Source of the DNA: an uncultured Singulisphaera sp.
Lineage (GTDB): Bacteria > Planctomycetota > Phycisphaerae > Phycisphaerales > SM1A02
NCBI GenBank assembly: GCA_964356445.1
Contig: CAYHHO010000001.1
Location: forward strand, 1,725 to 65,724
Length of the DNA: 64,000 nt
Reading direction: 5' to 3'
Both the position numbers and the translations under genes were made by a program. Below are positions 36,760 through 45,020 of the stretch, in pieces (position 1 is the first letter of the stretch; the number at the start of each line of letters is the position of its first letter). The notes under the pieces are model-generated. The model searched no databases. It was given only the letters and a program-made list of their open reading frames with translations, and was not told the DNA's origin.

Positions 36760-37905
36760 TTACTGGGGGACGCCAGGGACCGCGGGGATCGCACCGGGTT
36801 CTACCGCTGGCGCCGCAGGGATTGCGGGCGGTTCGACTGCAGGCGCGGCAGGAATCGCAGGATCGCTCTCGAAGAGTGGGCTCAAGTATCCCGACCTCCA
36901 CTGCGGAAATTTGAACACCCACCCCTCCCACTTCGGCGCAAATGTGGAGAGTTTCTCGTGAACGGCATCCGAGCACTCGCCGGGTGCGAGTCGGATCCAG
37001 ATCCCATCGCCTTCTTTCCACATTCTCGCGTCGACTGCGTGATCGGCATCGAGGCGAATGCTCACCTGCACTTGACCCGCGCGAGAAAGATCCTTGGGCG
37101 TCTCGCGTCGCACATCATCGGGTTGGAAGCCGGAAAGCAAGTACGGCAGCGTTCCCTTCATCGCGTCGTGCTTTGGATTGGACGACGCCTGTGCCGCCGC
37201 GTTCACGTCAGCGGGATTCGCCGTGGCCGGACTCGGATCCACTGGCGGATCTCCCACGACGCTCCACTGACCATTCGACTTCGTAAGGGTCTTGCCGGAG
37301 CACTCCACTTGCTGAATCTCATCTGCAGGGATCTCGGCGACAGGACCAGCAAGCCACGATCCCAACTCGGTCGATGGAGTCATCGTGCCGACGCACCGCC
37401 ATGCCTGATTCTCACCCGACGCGCGAGCGTAAACGCCCGCGGGCGACAGAACCCCTCGACCGATGATGAGGTCCGCGGCTGGGTCGGCTGCCCCTTCGAC
37501 AAAGACTCGCACGTGCCGCGTCTCTTTGCTCTCGCTTGGACGTTCTGAAGACCAATCCAATCCCAATTCGCCGTGACGATCGACCTTCGATGTCATGCGC
37601 TGCGACTTCTTCAACGAGATGAGCCCTCGGACCAGTTCTTGGATCGCTTCGTCCTTGGCCGGGAATCCGTCGCGTGTCGTGATGATCCATCCACCGCTGG
37701 ACCCGCGCTCGGCCCGCACATTGCCCGCCGCAGTTTGCACTTCAACTGCGGTGATCTTCGCTGCAACCGGGGCGAGTTCCACCATCGGATCGCCGATGCC
37801 GGTTCGGTCCACCGAATTCGGCCCAGCTTGCCTCACGATGACGGCCACGAGTACAACCACGAAGACCACTCCGATCACGACTCGCATCAGTTTGCCAGAG
37901 TTCAT
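36760..37905 (-). CDS. DUF4340-like protein (GldG-associated)
   Basis: N-terminal TM 'MNSGKLMRVVIGVVFVVVLVAVIV'. ATGA overlap with the gldG-like stop, and the conserved position after GldG-type genes. The C-terminus carries the tandem 'AIPAAPAVEP' repeats. The family call rests on architecture and context. Confidence 0.55.
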   Translation of the reverse strand: MNSGKLMRVVIGVVFVVVLVAVIVRQAGPNSVDRTGIGDPMVELAPVAAKITAVEVQTAAGNVRAERGSSGGWIITTRDGFPAKDEAIQELVRGLISLKKSQRMTSKVDRHGELGLDWSSERPSESKETRHVRVFVEGAADPAADLIIGRGVLSPAGVYARASGENQAWRCVGTMTPSTELGSWLAGPVAEIPADEIQQVECSGKTLTKSNGQWSVVGDPPVDPSPATANPADVNAAAQASSNPKHDAMKGTLPYLLSGFQPDDVRRETPKDLSRAGQVQVSIRLDADHAVDARMWKEGDGIWIRLAPGECSDAVHEKLSTFAPKWEGWVFKFPQWRSGYLSPLFESDPAIPAAPAVEPPAIPAAPAVEPGAIPAVPGVPQ

Positions 37906-39758
37906 ACCGCCCCCTTTCGTTTCCAGAGGCTTCGCCTCAGCCCAAATCCAACGGCCATCACCGCAACACCGATCGGCCACACAACAACATTGAGCAACAT
38001 CAAGTGATGACCGAGCGCCTCAACTTCCTCGCGCAGGCTGAACTGAACTTGGCGAAGTTCCTTGCGCGCCGCCATCACCTCTTCCTGCGCTGATTGGAGC
38101 TGTGCCTGTTGTTCGCCCGTCAGGACCAACAACTGGTCGGGTGACTTCTGCTTCTGGAGTTCGTTGACGCGATTCTGCGTCGCCGCGATGCGCGCTTTCA
38201 GTTCTTCTTCGCGCGCACGAAACCGATCCTCTGCTTCGCGCTGGATCTTCAAGACAACATCAAAGGAGCGCTGGCTACCACTGCGCGACCGCAGCGACAA
38301 GAGCGCGTCATTGCCGCAAAGTTGCTCAACGCAGTTCACCAACAGCGACCCGTTGTCTGCAAACGCCCGCCAACCAAGGCTGAGAGATCCGAGGCGCTCC
38401 TCTTGGATCCAAGTTTCATTTCGAAGCAGGTCGGCATCTGCGATCACGATGATTGTCGCTGCCGCTGACTTGACCGCCGCCGCGTCAAGGGTGGGATACG
38501 CGCTGCTGACAGAACCAACGAAGCGACCACCGATGACGTGTTTGACATTGTCAGACTTGAATTCGCGCAGCAGTGCCGCAGGATCTGCAAACGCACCGAG
38601 TTTCGTTCCATCGATCACCATCGAATCCGCAGAACTCTCGACGAGGGGAGTGAACTCAAGAGCCGACCCCGCCGACTTCCCCAGCGAACCGACCGAAAGC
38701 ATGACGAGCGTCTGCAACACACCGAACGCCGGATCGTTTTGCGAAATCGCAGCCTTGGGCAACTTCAGCCACGCGACATAATCGATCGTCGCGAGCCCCC
38801 CTTCGCTTCGGGCACGGACACGCTGTGCGTAGCTGCGATCGGCCACAATTCGCCCAGGCCCCCACTCGATTCCCCACGCCTTGGGGAGCGGCCCAAGATC
38901 GCTCGCGCCGCCGCCTGCACCGAATCCGCCAGGTCCCGCCGCCTGCGCATCGGACTCGCAGTACGGATCAAGAAACAAGAGCAACTTGCCGCCACTGACT
39001 GCATACGCATCGATCGCCTTCAAGAGCGGCTCGCCGAGTCCCTTCGGATGCGCGATGACAAGCGCGTCAAACTTCTCGGGCAATTTTTCAGCGGTCGCGG
39101 CGACGACCTCCACATCGAAGAGCGTTCGCAGTTGCGCGAGCACCTGCCAGGGGGGAGTCATCTGCTGCGCTCGCGGATCGAAACTCGAATCCATCGGCAT
39201 GCTCGTGATGAGCGCGACACGCGCGCGCGTCTGCCGAGACACACTCACGATGGCACGCGCGATGTCGTACTCCAAGTACGCCTCGTCCTCAGGATTGAGA
39301 TATGGAATCCCCTCGCGTCGATCCGTGGTGCCAGAGACAACGAGCCCAAGCATGAGTTGGCGACCAGCGCCATCGGCTGTAATCGGCGCGATACCTGCAG
39401 CCTTCGCGGCATCTTCACCCTCGGAGAAAGGCTGCGGATCGATGGTCTCAACCTCGACGCGACCACCAGAAACACGCGCGAGTTCATCGAGGAATTCCTG
39501 CACCCGCAGCGCGTGATTGCGAATCACCGAGATGTCCTTCGCGGACTCCTGCGAGTAGTAGAAATCGATCTTGACCGGCTCATCGAGCGCCGTCAGCATC
39601 GCTCGAACGCCTGGCGAAAGCGTGTAGAGCGATCCCTCGGTTAGATCAACGCGCAGGTTTCCAGGCAATGCCGACAGAGTTGCACTCAGTGCGATCCAAC
39701 CCACAAGCAGGAGTGCAACACCAAAGAGTGCCATCGACTGTTTGCTCGCGTGCTTCAT
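37902..39758 (-). CDS. GldG-like ABC-transporter auxiliary component
   Basis: 618 aa with N- and C-terminal TM anchors, a large extracytoplasmic domain and a C-terminal coiled coil. It lies immediately downstream of the ABC-2 permease and ATPase, as in gldA-gldF-gldG-type operons. Confidence 0.6.
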   Translation of the reverse strand: MKHASKQSMALFGVALLLVGWIALSATLSALPGNLRVDLTEGSLYTLSPGVRAMLTALDEPVKIDFYYSQESAKDISVIRNHALRVQEFLDELARVSGGRVEVETIDPQPFSEGEDAAKAAGIAPITADGAGRQLMLGLVVSGTTDRREGIPYLNPEDEAYLEYDIARAIVSVSRQTRARVALITSMPMDSSFDPRAQQMTPPWQVLAQLRTLFDVEVVAATAEKLPEKFDALVIAHPKGLGEPLLKAIDAYAVSGGKLLLFLDPYCESDAQAAGPGGFGAGGGASDLGPLPKAWGIEWGPGRIVADRSYAQRVRARSEGGLATIDYVAWLKLPKAAISQNDPAFGVLQTLVMLSVGSLGKSAGSALEFTPLVESSADSMVIDGTKLGAFADPAALLREFKSDNVKHVIGGRFVGSVSSAYPTLDAAAVKSAAATIIVIADADLLRNETWIQEERLGSLSLGWRAFADNGSLLVNCVEQLCGNDALLSLRSRSGSQRSFDVVLKIQREAEDRFRAREEELKARIAATQNRVNELQKQKSPDQLLVLTGEQQAQLQSAQEEVMAARKELRQVQFSLREEVEALGHHLMLLNVVVWPIGVAVMAVGFGLRRSLWKRKGAV

Positions 39759-39759
39759 G

Positions 39760-40512
39760 TCAGGCGCTCTTTCTCCAGTCGATCATGAGCGTTGTGGCGA
39801 CCAGCGCGGCAGCGACTCCAGCGATGAAGTACACGACGTCCCGCAATTCGACGACACCGCGCATCAGGCTGTTGAAGTGCGTCAGCATGCTGACGCTTGC
39901 GATCGCGTCGATTGCCCCAGGCCCCATCCATCCGCGGAAGAAATCCAACACCAGCGGAAATCCTGAGAGCAGCACGAGAAAACACGCAACGACTGTGACC
40001 ACGAACGCGATCACTTGGTTCTTGGTCATCGCCGAAACGAGTCCGCCAATGGCGAGAAACATCCCCGCAACCATCGAAGCCGCGATGTACCCAGCGAGAA
40101 TCACTCCATGGTCTGGGTCACCGAGCCATGACACCGTGATCCAGAGCGGTGCGGTCAAGGCAAGCGCGACGAGAGAAAAAAGCCACGCGGCGAGAAACTT
40201 GCCGAGCACCGCATGCCAAATCGGAATCGGAAGTGTCGTCAAGATCTCCACCGTCCCGAGCCGTCGCTCCTCTGCCCAGAGCCGCATCGACACTGCAGGA
40301 GCGAGAAAGAGAAAGAGCCAGGGCACTGATTGGAAAAACGGACGCAGGTCTGCCTGCCCGCGCTCGTAAAGACCGCCCATCGAAAACGTGAAGATCCCCG
40401 CCATAAACAGGAAGACAACGAGAAACACCGCTGCGAGTGGTGTCGCGAAGTAGGAGCGAAACTCGCGCCGGAGAATCACCAGCCATGGACTCGGCGCATT
40501 CGTCCCGCTCAT
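39760..40512 (-). CDS. ABC-2 type transporter permease (GldF-like)
   Basis: 250 aa with about 6 predicted TM helices. ATGA overlap with the upstream ATPase gene. Confidence 0.7.
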   Translation of the reverse strand: MSGTNAPSPWLVILRREFRSYFATPLAAVFLVVFLFMAGIFTFSMGGLYERGQADLRPFFQSVPWLFLFLAPAVSMRLWAEERRLGTVEILTTLPIPIWHAVLGKFLAAWLFSLVALALTAPLWITVSWLGDPDHGVILAGYIAASMVAGMFLAIGGLVSAMTKNQVIAFVVTVVACFLVLLSGFPLVLDFFRGWMGPGAIDAIASVSMLTHFNSLMRGVVELRDVVYFIAGVAAALVATTLMIDWRKSA

Positions 40513-41282
40513 GCCGGCACCTCCGCAGCGGAAGCAGTCAGCATGCGAAAGACATGATCCATTCGATTGCGCGTCACAGTTGCTGGTGCCATCGCTTCGA
40601 ATACAGCAGGCGTCCCATCAAACACAACCCGCCCCGCAGCAATCACGATGGCGCGCGAGCAGACCGCCTCGACTTCTTCCAGAATGTGGGTGGAGAGCAC
40701 GATCGCCTTCGTCGATCCCATGGCCCGAATGAGTTGGCGCACTTCGTGCTTCTGGTTCGGATCAAGCCCGTCGGTCGGTTCATCCATGATGAGAATCGGT
40801 GGATCGTGAATAATCGCCTGCGCGATTCCAACTCGCCGCTTGAAGCCCTTGGAGAGCGTCTCGATGACTTGATCGAGCACCCCCTGCAAGTGCACGCGCG
40901 ACACGACGCTCGCGATTCCAGCTGCGCTCTCTGAGCCCGACATCCCGCGTGCAGCCGCGATGAAACGCAAGTACTCACGCACAGTCATGTCTGGATAGGC
41001 GGGGGCGCCCTCAGGCAGATACCCAAATGACTTTCGCGCACCGATCGGATCGTCGGCAAGCGAATACCCATTCATCGTGACGGTGCCTTCGGTCGGATCG
41101 AGGAATCCGGTCAGCATCCGCATCGTCGTGGTCTTGCCTGCGCCGTTCGGGCCGAGGAATCCGACAACCTCACCCTTCGAGACTCGAACGCTGACTCCAT
41201 TCACGGCGCGCAGGTGCCCGAATGACTTCTGCAGGTCGACGGCGCAAATCAATGCTCTCTCGGACGGCATTTCGGAAGGCAT
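40509..41282 (-). CDS. ABC transporter ATP-binding protein
   Basis: Walker A 'GPNGAGKTT', signature 'LSKGFKRRVGIAQA', Walker B 'ILIMDEPTDGLD' and H-loop 'VLSTH'. Start at ATG 41282 or 41270 (duplicated 'MPSEMPSE'). Confidence 0.88.
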   Translation of the reverse strand: MPSEMPSERALICAVDLQKSFGHLRAVNGVSVRVSKGEVVGFLGPNGAGKTTTMRMLTGFLDPTEGTVTMNGYSLADDPIGARKSFGYLPEGAPAYPDMTVREYLRFIAAARGMSGSESAAGIASVVSRVHLQGVLDQVIETLSKGFKRRVGIAQAIIHDPPILIMDEPTDGLDPNQKHEVRQLIRAMGSTKAIVLSTHILEEVEAVCSRAIVIAAGRVVFDGTPAVFEAMAPATVTRNRMDHVFRMLTASAAEVPA

Positions 41283-41378
41283 TTCGGCGAGAAGGATACG
41301 CGGTCTCAATTCGGTGCGGTAGGCAGGTCCCCCCCGCGCTTCCCGATACATTGCGCGACTCTTCGAACTGCTCCTGCC

Positions 41379-43028
41379 ATGCTACGACTCCACGAACTCA
41401 GACTTCCACTCGATCACCCCGAAGGCGCGCTTCGCAGGGCGATCATCAATCGCCTCGGAATCTCGGCAGATGACCTCGCCCAATTCCAGATCGTGCGGCG
41501 CTCTGTGGATGCACGCAAGCACGATGCGATCCTGTTCATCTACACCATCGACGTGAAAGTAGCGAACGAAGCTCGACTGCTTGCGCGAACGAAGGGCGAC
41601 CGCAGGATCAACGCCGCCCCCGACACGAGTTACAAATTTGTCGCACGAGCAACCTCAACCCAGGCATCGCGACCGGTCATTGTCGGGATGGGACCTGCTG
41701 GCATTTTCGCAGGACTCATCCTGGCGCAGTCTGGTTTTCGGCCGATCATTCTCGAGCGTGGAAAGGCCGTGCGCGAACGCACGAAGGACACCTTTCACAT
41801 GTGGCAGCATGGGGAACTCGATCCAGAATCGAACACCCAATTCGGCGAGGGAGGCGCGGGAACATTCTCGGATGGCAAGCTCTACTCGCAGATCAAGGAT
41901 CCCAAGCACTACGGGCGAAAGGTCTTGACCGAGTTGGTTGCGGCGGGCGCTCCCGAGGAGATCCTTTTCGTCAACCGACCGCACATTGGAACATTTCGCC
42001 TCGTCGGCGTTGTAGAGAAAATGAGGGCGAAGATCATCGAACTCGGCGGCGAAGTGAGGTTCGGGGCTCGGGTCGATGACATTGAAATCTCCCCGAGCGC
42101 TCTCCCCGAAACGAGGGGTCAGGTCACAGCCGTCAGACTCGCGTCGGGCGAACGGATTGCGACGACGCACCTCGTTCTCGCGGTCGGTCATAGTGCGCGC
42201 GACACGTTCGAGATGCTGCACGCCCGCGGCGTTCACATCGAGCCCAAGCCGTTCTCGATCGGCTTTCGCGTCGAGCACCCGCAGTCACTCATCGACGAGT
42301 GCCGGTTCGGCACGAAAACCCCAAACCCGCTCCTCGGCGCCGGCGATTATCAACTCGTTCACCACGCGAGCAACGGACGCAGCGTCTACACCTTCTGCAT
42401 GTGCCCAGGCGGCACTGTGGTCGCCGCCACAAGCGAAGTCGGTCGGGTTGTCACCAATGGGATGAGCCAGTACTCCCGAAACGAACGCAATGCCAACGCT
42501 GGGATCGTCGTTGCGATCACCCCCGAGGCAGACTTTCCAGGGGGCGCGCTTGCCGGCATTGAGTTCCAACGCAAGTGGGAGTCTCGAGCATTCGAACTTG
42601 GCGGCGGCAACTACAAAGCCCCGGCGCAACTTGTGGGCGACTTCCTCGCGGGGAAGCCGTCGACCTCCCTCGGCAGCGTGCAACCTTCGTACACGCCGGG
42701 CGTGCACCTCTGCGATCTCGCAGATGCGCTCCCGAGCTACGCGATCGACGCGATCCGTGAAGCGATCCCCGCATTCGCTCGGCAGATCAAAGGGTTCGAT
42801 CTTCATGATGCGATCCTGACTGCAGTGGAATCACGAACCTCTTCTCCCGTTCGCATGACGAGAGGAGAAGATCTTCAGAGTCTCAACACGTCCGGGCTCT
42901 TCCCGAGCGGCGAGGGCGCTGGCTATGCCGGCGGAATATTATCGGCCTCTATTGACGGGATTCGGGTCGCCGAGGCGGTTGCTACGAGCATCGCAGCTGA
43001 AAGTCAAACAGCCAATAAAACGACCTAA
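41379..43028 (+). CDS. FAD-dependent oxidoreductase (COG2509-type)
   Basis: N-terminal 'LRLPLDHPEGALRRAIINRLGI...FQIVRRSVDARK', dinucleotide fold 'PVIVGMGPAGIFAGLILAQSG', 'GEGGAGTFSDGKL' and 'FPSGEGAGYAGGI'. Confidence 0.8.
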   Translation: MLRLHELRLPLDHPEGALRRAIINRLGISADDLAQFQIVRRSVDARKHDAILFIYTIDVKVANEARLLARTKGDRRINAAPDTSYKFVARATSTQASRPVIVGMGPAGIFAGLILAQSGFRPIILERGKAVRERTKDTFHMWQHGELDPESNTQFGEGGAGTFSDGKLYSQIKDPKHYGRKVLTELVAAGAPEEILFVNRPHIGTFRLVGVVEKMRAKIIELGGEVRFGARVDDIEISPSALPETRGQVTAVRLASGERIATTHLVLAVGHSARDTFEMLHARGVHIEPKPFSIGFRVEHPQSLIDECRFGTKTPNPLLGAGDYQLVHHASNGRSVYTFCMCPGGTVVAATSEVGRVVTNGMSQYSRNERNANAGIVVAITPEADFPGGALAGIEFQRKWESRAFELGGGNYKAPAQLVGDFLAGKPSTSLGSVQPSYTPGVHLCDLADALPSYAIDAIREAIPAFARQIKGFDLHDAILTAVESRTSSPVRMTRGEDLQSLNTSGLFPSGEGAGYAGGILSASIDGIRVAEAVATSIAAESQTANKTT

Positions 43029-43241
43029 CTCGTTTTTTTGCAACCACTTCTGCCAAGATTGATTGACGGATTTCGCTGGTCAACGAACCCATCTTTGCGC
43101 CGAATCTGATTGGTGGGTCCGAGACCAAATACCCACCGCCTCCGATTCATTTGTGTTGCGCAACATATCCACAAGCCGATAACAGAATCAAGGTGATCGC
43201 AGCGTGCGACTCGCCGGTTCAGAATCCTCAGGAGAGATCAC

Positions 43242-43481
43242 ATGCAGGCATTCACTTGGGTCAAGGGTTGGGCTCGCGAACTGATGGACATCATGCTTCT
43301 TTTCATCGGTCTCGGCGTACTTGTGCAGATCATCTTTGGCTCGAACAATGTCGGATTCTTCGGCGGCATCACCAGCAACCTGACTGGCTTCGTTGCGCAA
43401 CTTGGTAATGGTGGGTTCGTTGGATTGGTTGCCCTCCTCATCATCATTGCTGTCTTCACGAAGAAGGCATCAACGACCTGA
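43242..43481 (+). CDS. small two-TM membrane protein (79 aa, hypothetical)
   Basis: AGGAGAG 7 nt upstream of the ATG. Two hydrophobic helices ('IMLLFIGLGVLVQIIF', 'GFVGLVALLIIIAVF'). Followed by a terminator, and flanked by AT-richer spacers. Confidence 0.55.
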   Translation: MQAFTWVKGWARELMDIMLLFIGLGVLVQIIFGSNNVGFFGGITSNLTGFVAQLGNGGFVGLVALLIIIAVFTKKASTT

Positions 43482-43553
43482 TTCGGCATCAATGAATAGG
43501 GCTTAGGATTCGGAACTGGTCCCCTCGACCGTTTCGCGAGCCACCCGTAAAAG

Positions 43554-43596
43554 ATCGGAGCCTTGGCCCGAGCCGAGCGCTCCGATTTTCTTTTTG
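43554..43596 (+). terminator. rho-independent terminator
   Basis: Stem ATCGGAGC (43554-43561) pairs with GCTCCGAT (43579-43586), followed by TTTTCTTTTT. It lies between the small membrane gene and the convergent mgtE. Confidence 0.6.
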
Positions 43597-43602
43597 GCTG
43601 GG

Positions 43603-44643
43603 CTATCGGATGAGAACCGATGCGAGCCCGAGAAACACACCCATGCTCGCCACATCCGTCGCCGTCGTCAGGAAGATGCTTGACGCTGTGCAAGGATCCG
43701 CGCCGAGCCGCTTGAGCGCCAAAGGAATGAACGCCCCCGAAAGTCCACTAATCATGCAACTGGCGATCATTGCTACAAACGTGACGAAGGCAAGAACAAA
43801 AGCACGCTCGGCGGGCCAAAGCACCATCGGATCCTCGGGTTTCGCCTGCATCGTCGCGAAGATGTACATGCCGATTCCCGCTGAGATTCCAACGAGGGCG
43901 CCGTTTGCCAATCCCAGCAGCGCTTCCTTCATGACAAGCGCCCGTTCCTTGCCGGCCTTGAGTTCGCCCAGAGTCATCCCCCGCAAGGCAACCGCGAGCG
44001 CCTGACACCCGGTGTTCCCAGACTGACCAGCTAGAACAGGCAAGAAAACCGCCAAGATCACCAGCCGGTCCAACGTCGGCTGAAAGACCGCGACGACTCC
44101 AGCCGCGATGAATGCAGTCAGAAGATTCAGTTGGAGCCAAGGATGCCGATAGAGGAGACTTTTCAACCAAGGGGTGGAGAGCCGCTCCTCCTTCGTGACA
44201 CCCACCATCGATCCGGCCTGGGCGCTGATTTCTACAGCCTGCGCTTCAAAGAGTTTGGATCCTCGAATCAGGCCGACCAACTTTCCGCCTTCCTCGCAGA
44301 CCGGGTAGATCGGGAAGTGCCGATTCAGCACCAACCGCATCGCGTCCATGACCTTCAAGCTCGCGCTGAGGGAGAACGGATTGGGGATCATGATCGACTC
44401 AAGGGTCGCCGACCGCTCAGCGAGCAGGAGGTCGCGCATTGTCAGCACGCCGAGCAGTCTCCCGCCATCATCGACGACAAACCCATAGGTCACGAACGTG
44501 GTCTTCACGAGCTGGCGCAACTGCGAAATCGCATCGCCGACACTCTCCCGAGGCGAGAACACCGCGTGGGTCGGTTCCATCATCTCGCTGACGGCTACAT
44601 CTGAATAGTCACGCGTCTGCTCTATAGGTGTGTCGGTCGCCAT
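43603..44643 (-). CDS. mgtE: Mg2+ transporter MgtE (CBS pair + TM domain; no MgtE_N domain)
   Basis: A CBS pair starts about residue 20. TM-domain motifs 'RHPWLQLNLLTAFIAAGVV', 'GQSGNTGCQALAV' and 'TTATDVASMGVFLGLA'. ATG 44643. The longer ORF to 44844 is antisense to the DUF1476 gene and looks non-coding. Confidence 0.85.
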   Translation of the reverse strand: MATDTPIEQTRDYSDVAVSEMMEPTHAVFSPRESVGDAISQLRQLVKTTFVTYGFVVDDGGRLLGVLTMRDLLLAERSATLESIMIPNPFSLSASLKVMDAMRLVLNRHFPIYPVCEEGGKLVGLIRGSKLFEAQAVEISAQAGSMVGVTKEERLSTPWLKSLLYRHPWLQLNLLTAFIAAGVVAVFQPTLDRLVILAVFLPVLAGQSGNTGCQALAVALRGMTLGELKAGKERALVMKEALLGLANGALVGISAGIGMYIFATMQAKPEDPMVLWPAERAFVLAFVTFVAMIASCMISGLSGAFIPLALKRLGADPCTASSIFLTTATDVASMGVFLGLASVLIR

Positions 44644-44687
44644 CTGTGTGGCGATGGGATACCATATCGCTCTAGGAGACGCTACAG

Positions 44688-45011
44688 ATGTCAGGATTTT
44701 CAAAGCGCGAAGAAGGGTTCGAAAACAAGTTGGCGTTTGACGCTGAGAAGCGATTTCGAGCCGAAGCGCGGCGCAATAAGTTGCTCGCGCAGTGGGTTGG
44801 AACACGCTCGAACATGACGTCGGACGAGGTCGCCAAGTACACAACCGAACTGATCCAACATGACCTGAAGCGCCCTGGAGATGATGATGTTCTCCAGAAA
44901 CTGTTGTCGGATCTGAAGAGTCGCGGGGTCACGGTTACTGCAGCCGAAGTCCGCGCGGAAATGGCGCGGTGCAGCGAAGCGGCGAACGAGCAGACCGCCA
45001 AAGAAGGCTGA
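44688..45011 (+). CDS. DUF1476 family protein (F1-ATPase inhibitor zeta-subunit-like)
   Basis: 107 aa. 'F.KREEGFENKLAFDAEKRFRAEARRNKLLAQW' and 'DLKRPGDDDVLQKLLSDL' align, from memory, with the Paracoccus denitrificans zeta subunit ('FDDRERAHEAKFAHDAELNFKAEARRNRLLGEW', 'DFDEPGDEDVFRKLAADL'). Confidence 0.7.
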   Translation: MSGFSKREEGFENKLAFDAEKRFRAEARRNKLLAQWVGTRSNMTSDEVAKYTTELIQHDLKRPGDDDVLQKLLSDLKSRGVTVTAAEVRAEMARCSEAANEQTAKEG

Positions 45012-45020
45012 GTCCTCCGT

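Noticed and set aside
38538-39644. 368-aa plus-strand ORF (also 38062-38781 and 38881-39516)
   Set aside because: These are antisense to the GldG-like gene, which sits in a translationally coupled operon. Their composition is Arg-rich and low-complexity.
44644-44687. Mg2+ (M-box/ykoK) riboswitch upstream of mgtE
   Set aside because: Only 44 bp separate mgtE from the divergent DUF1476 gene, which is far too short for an M-box aptamer.
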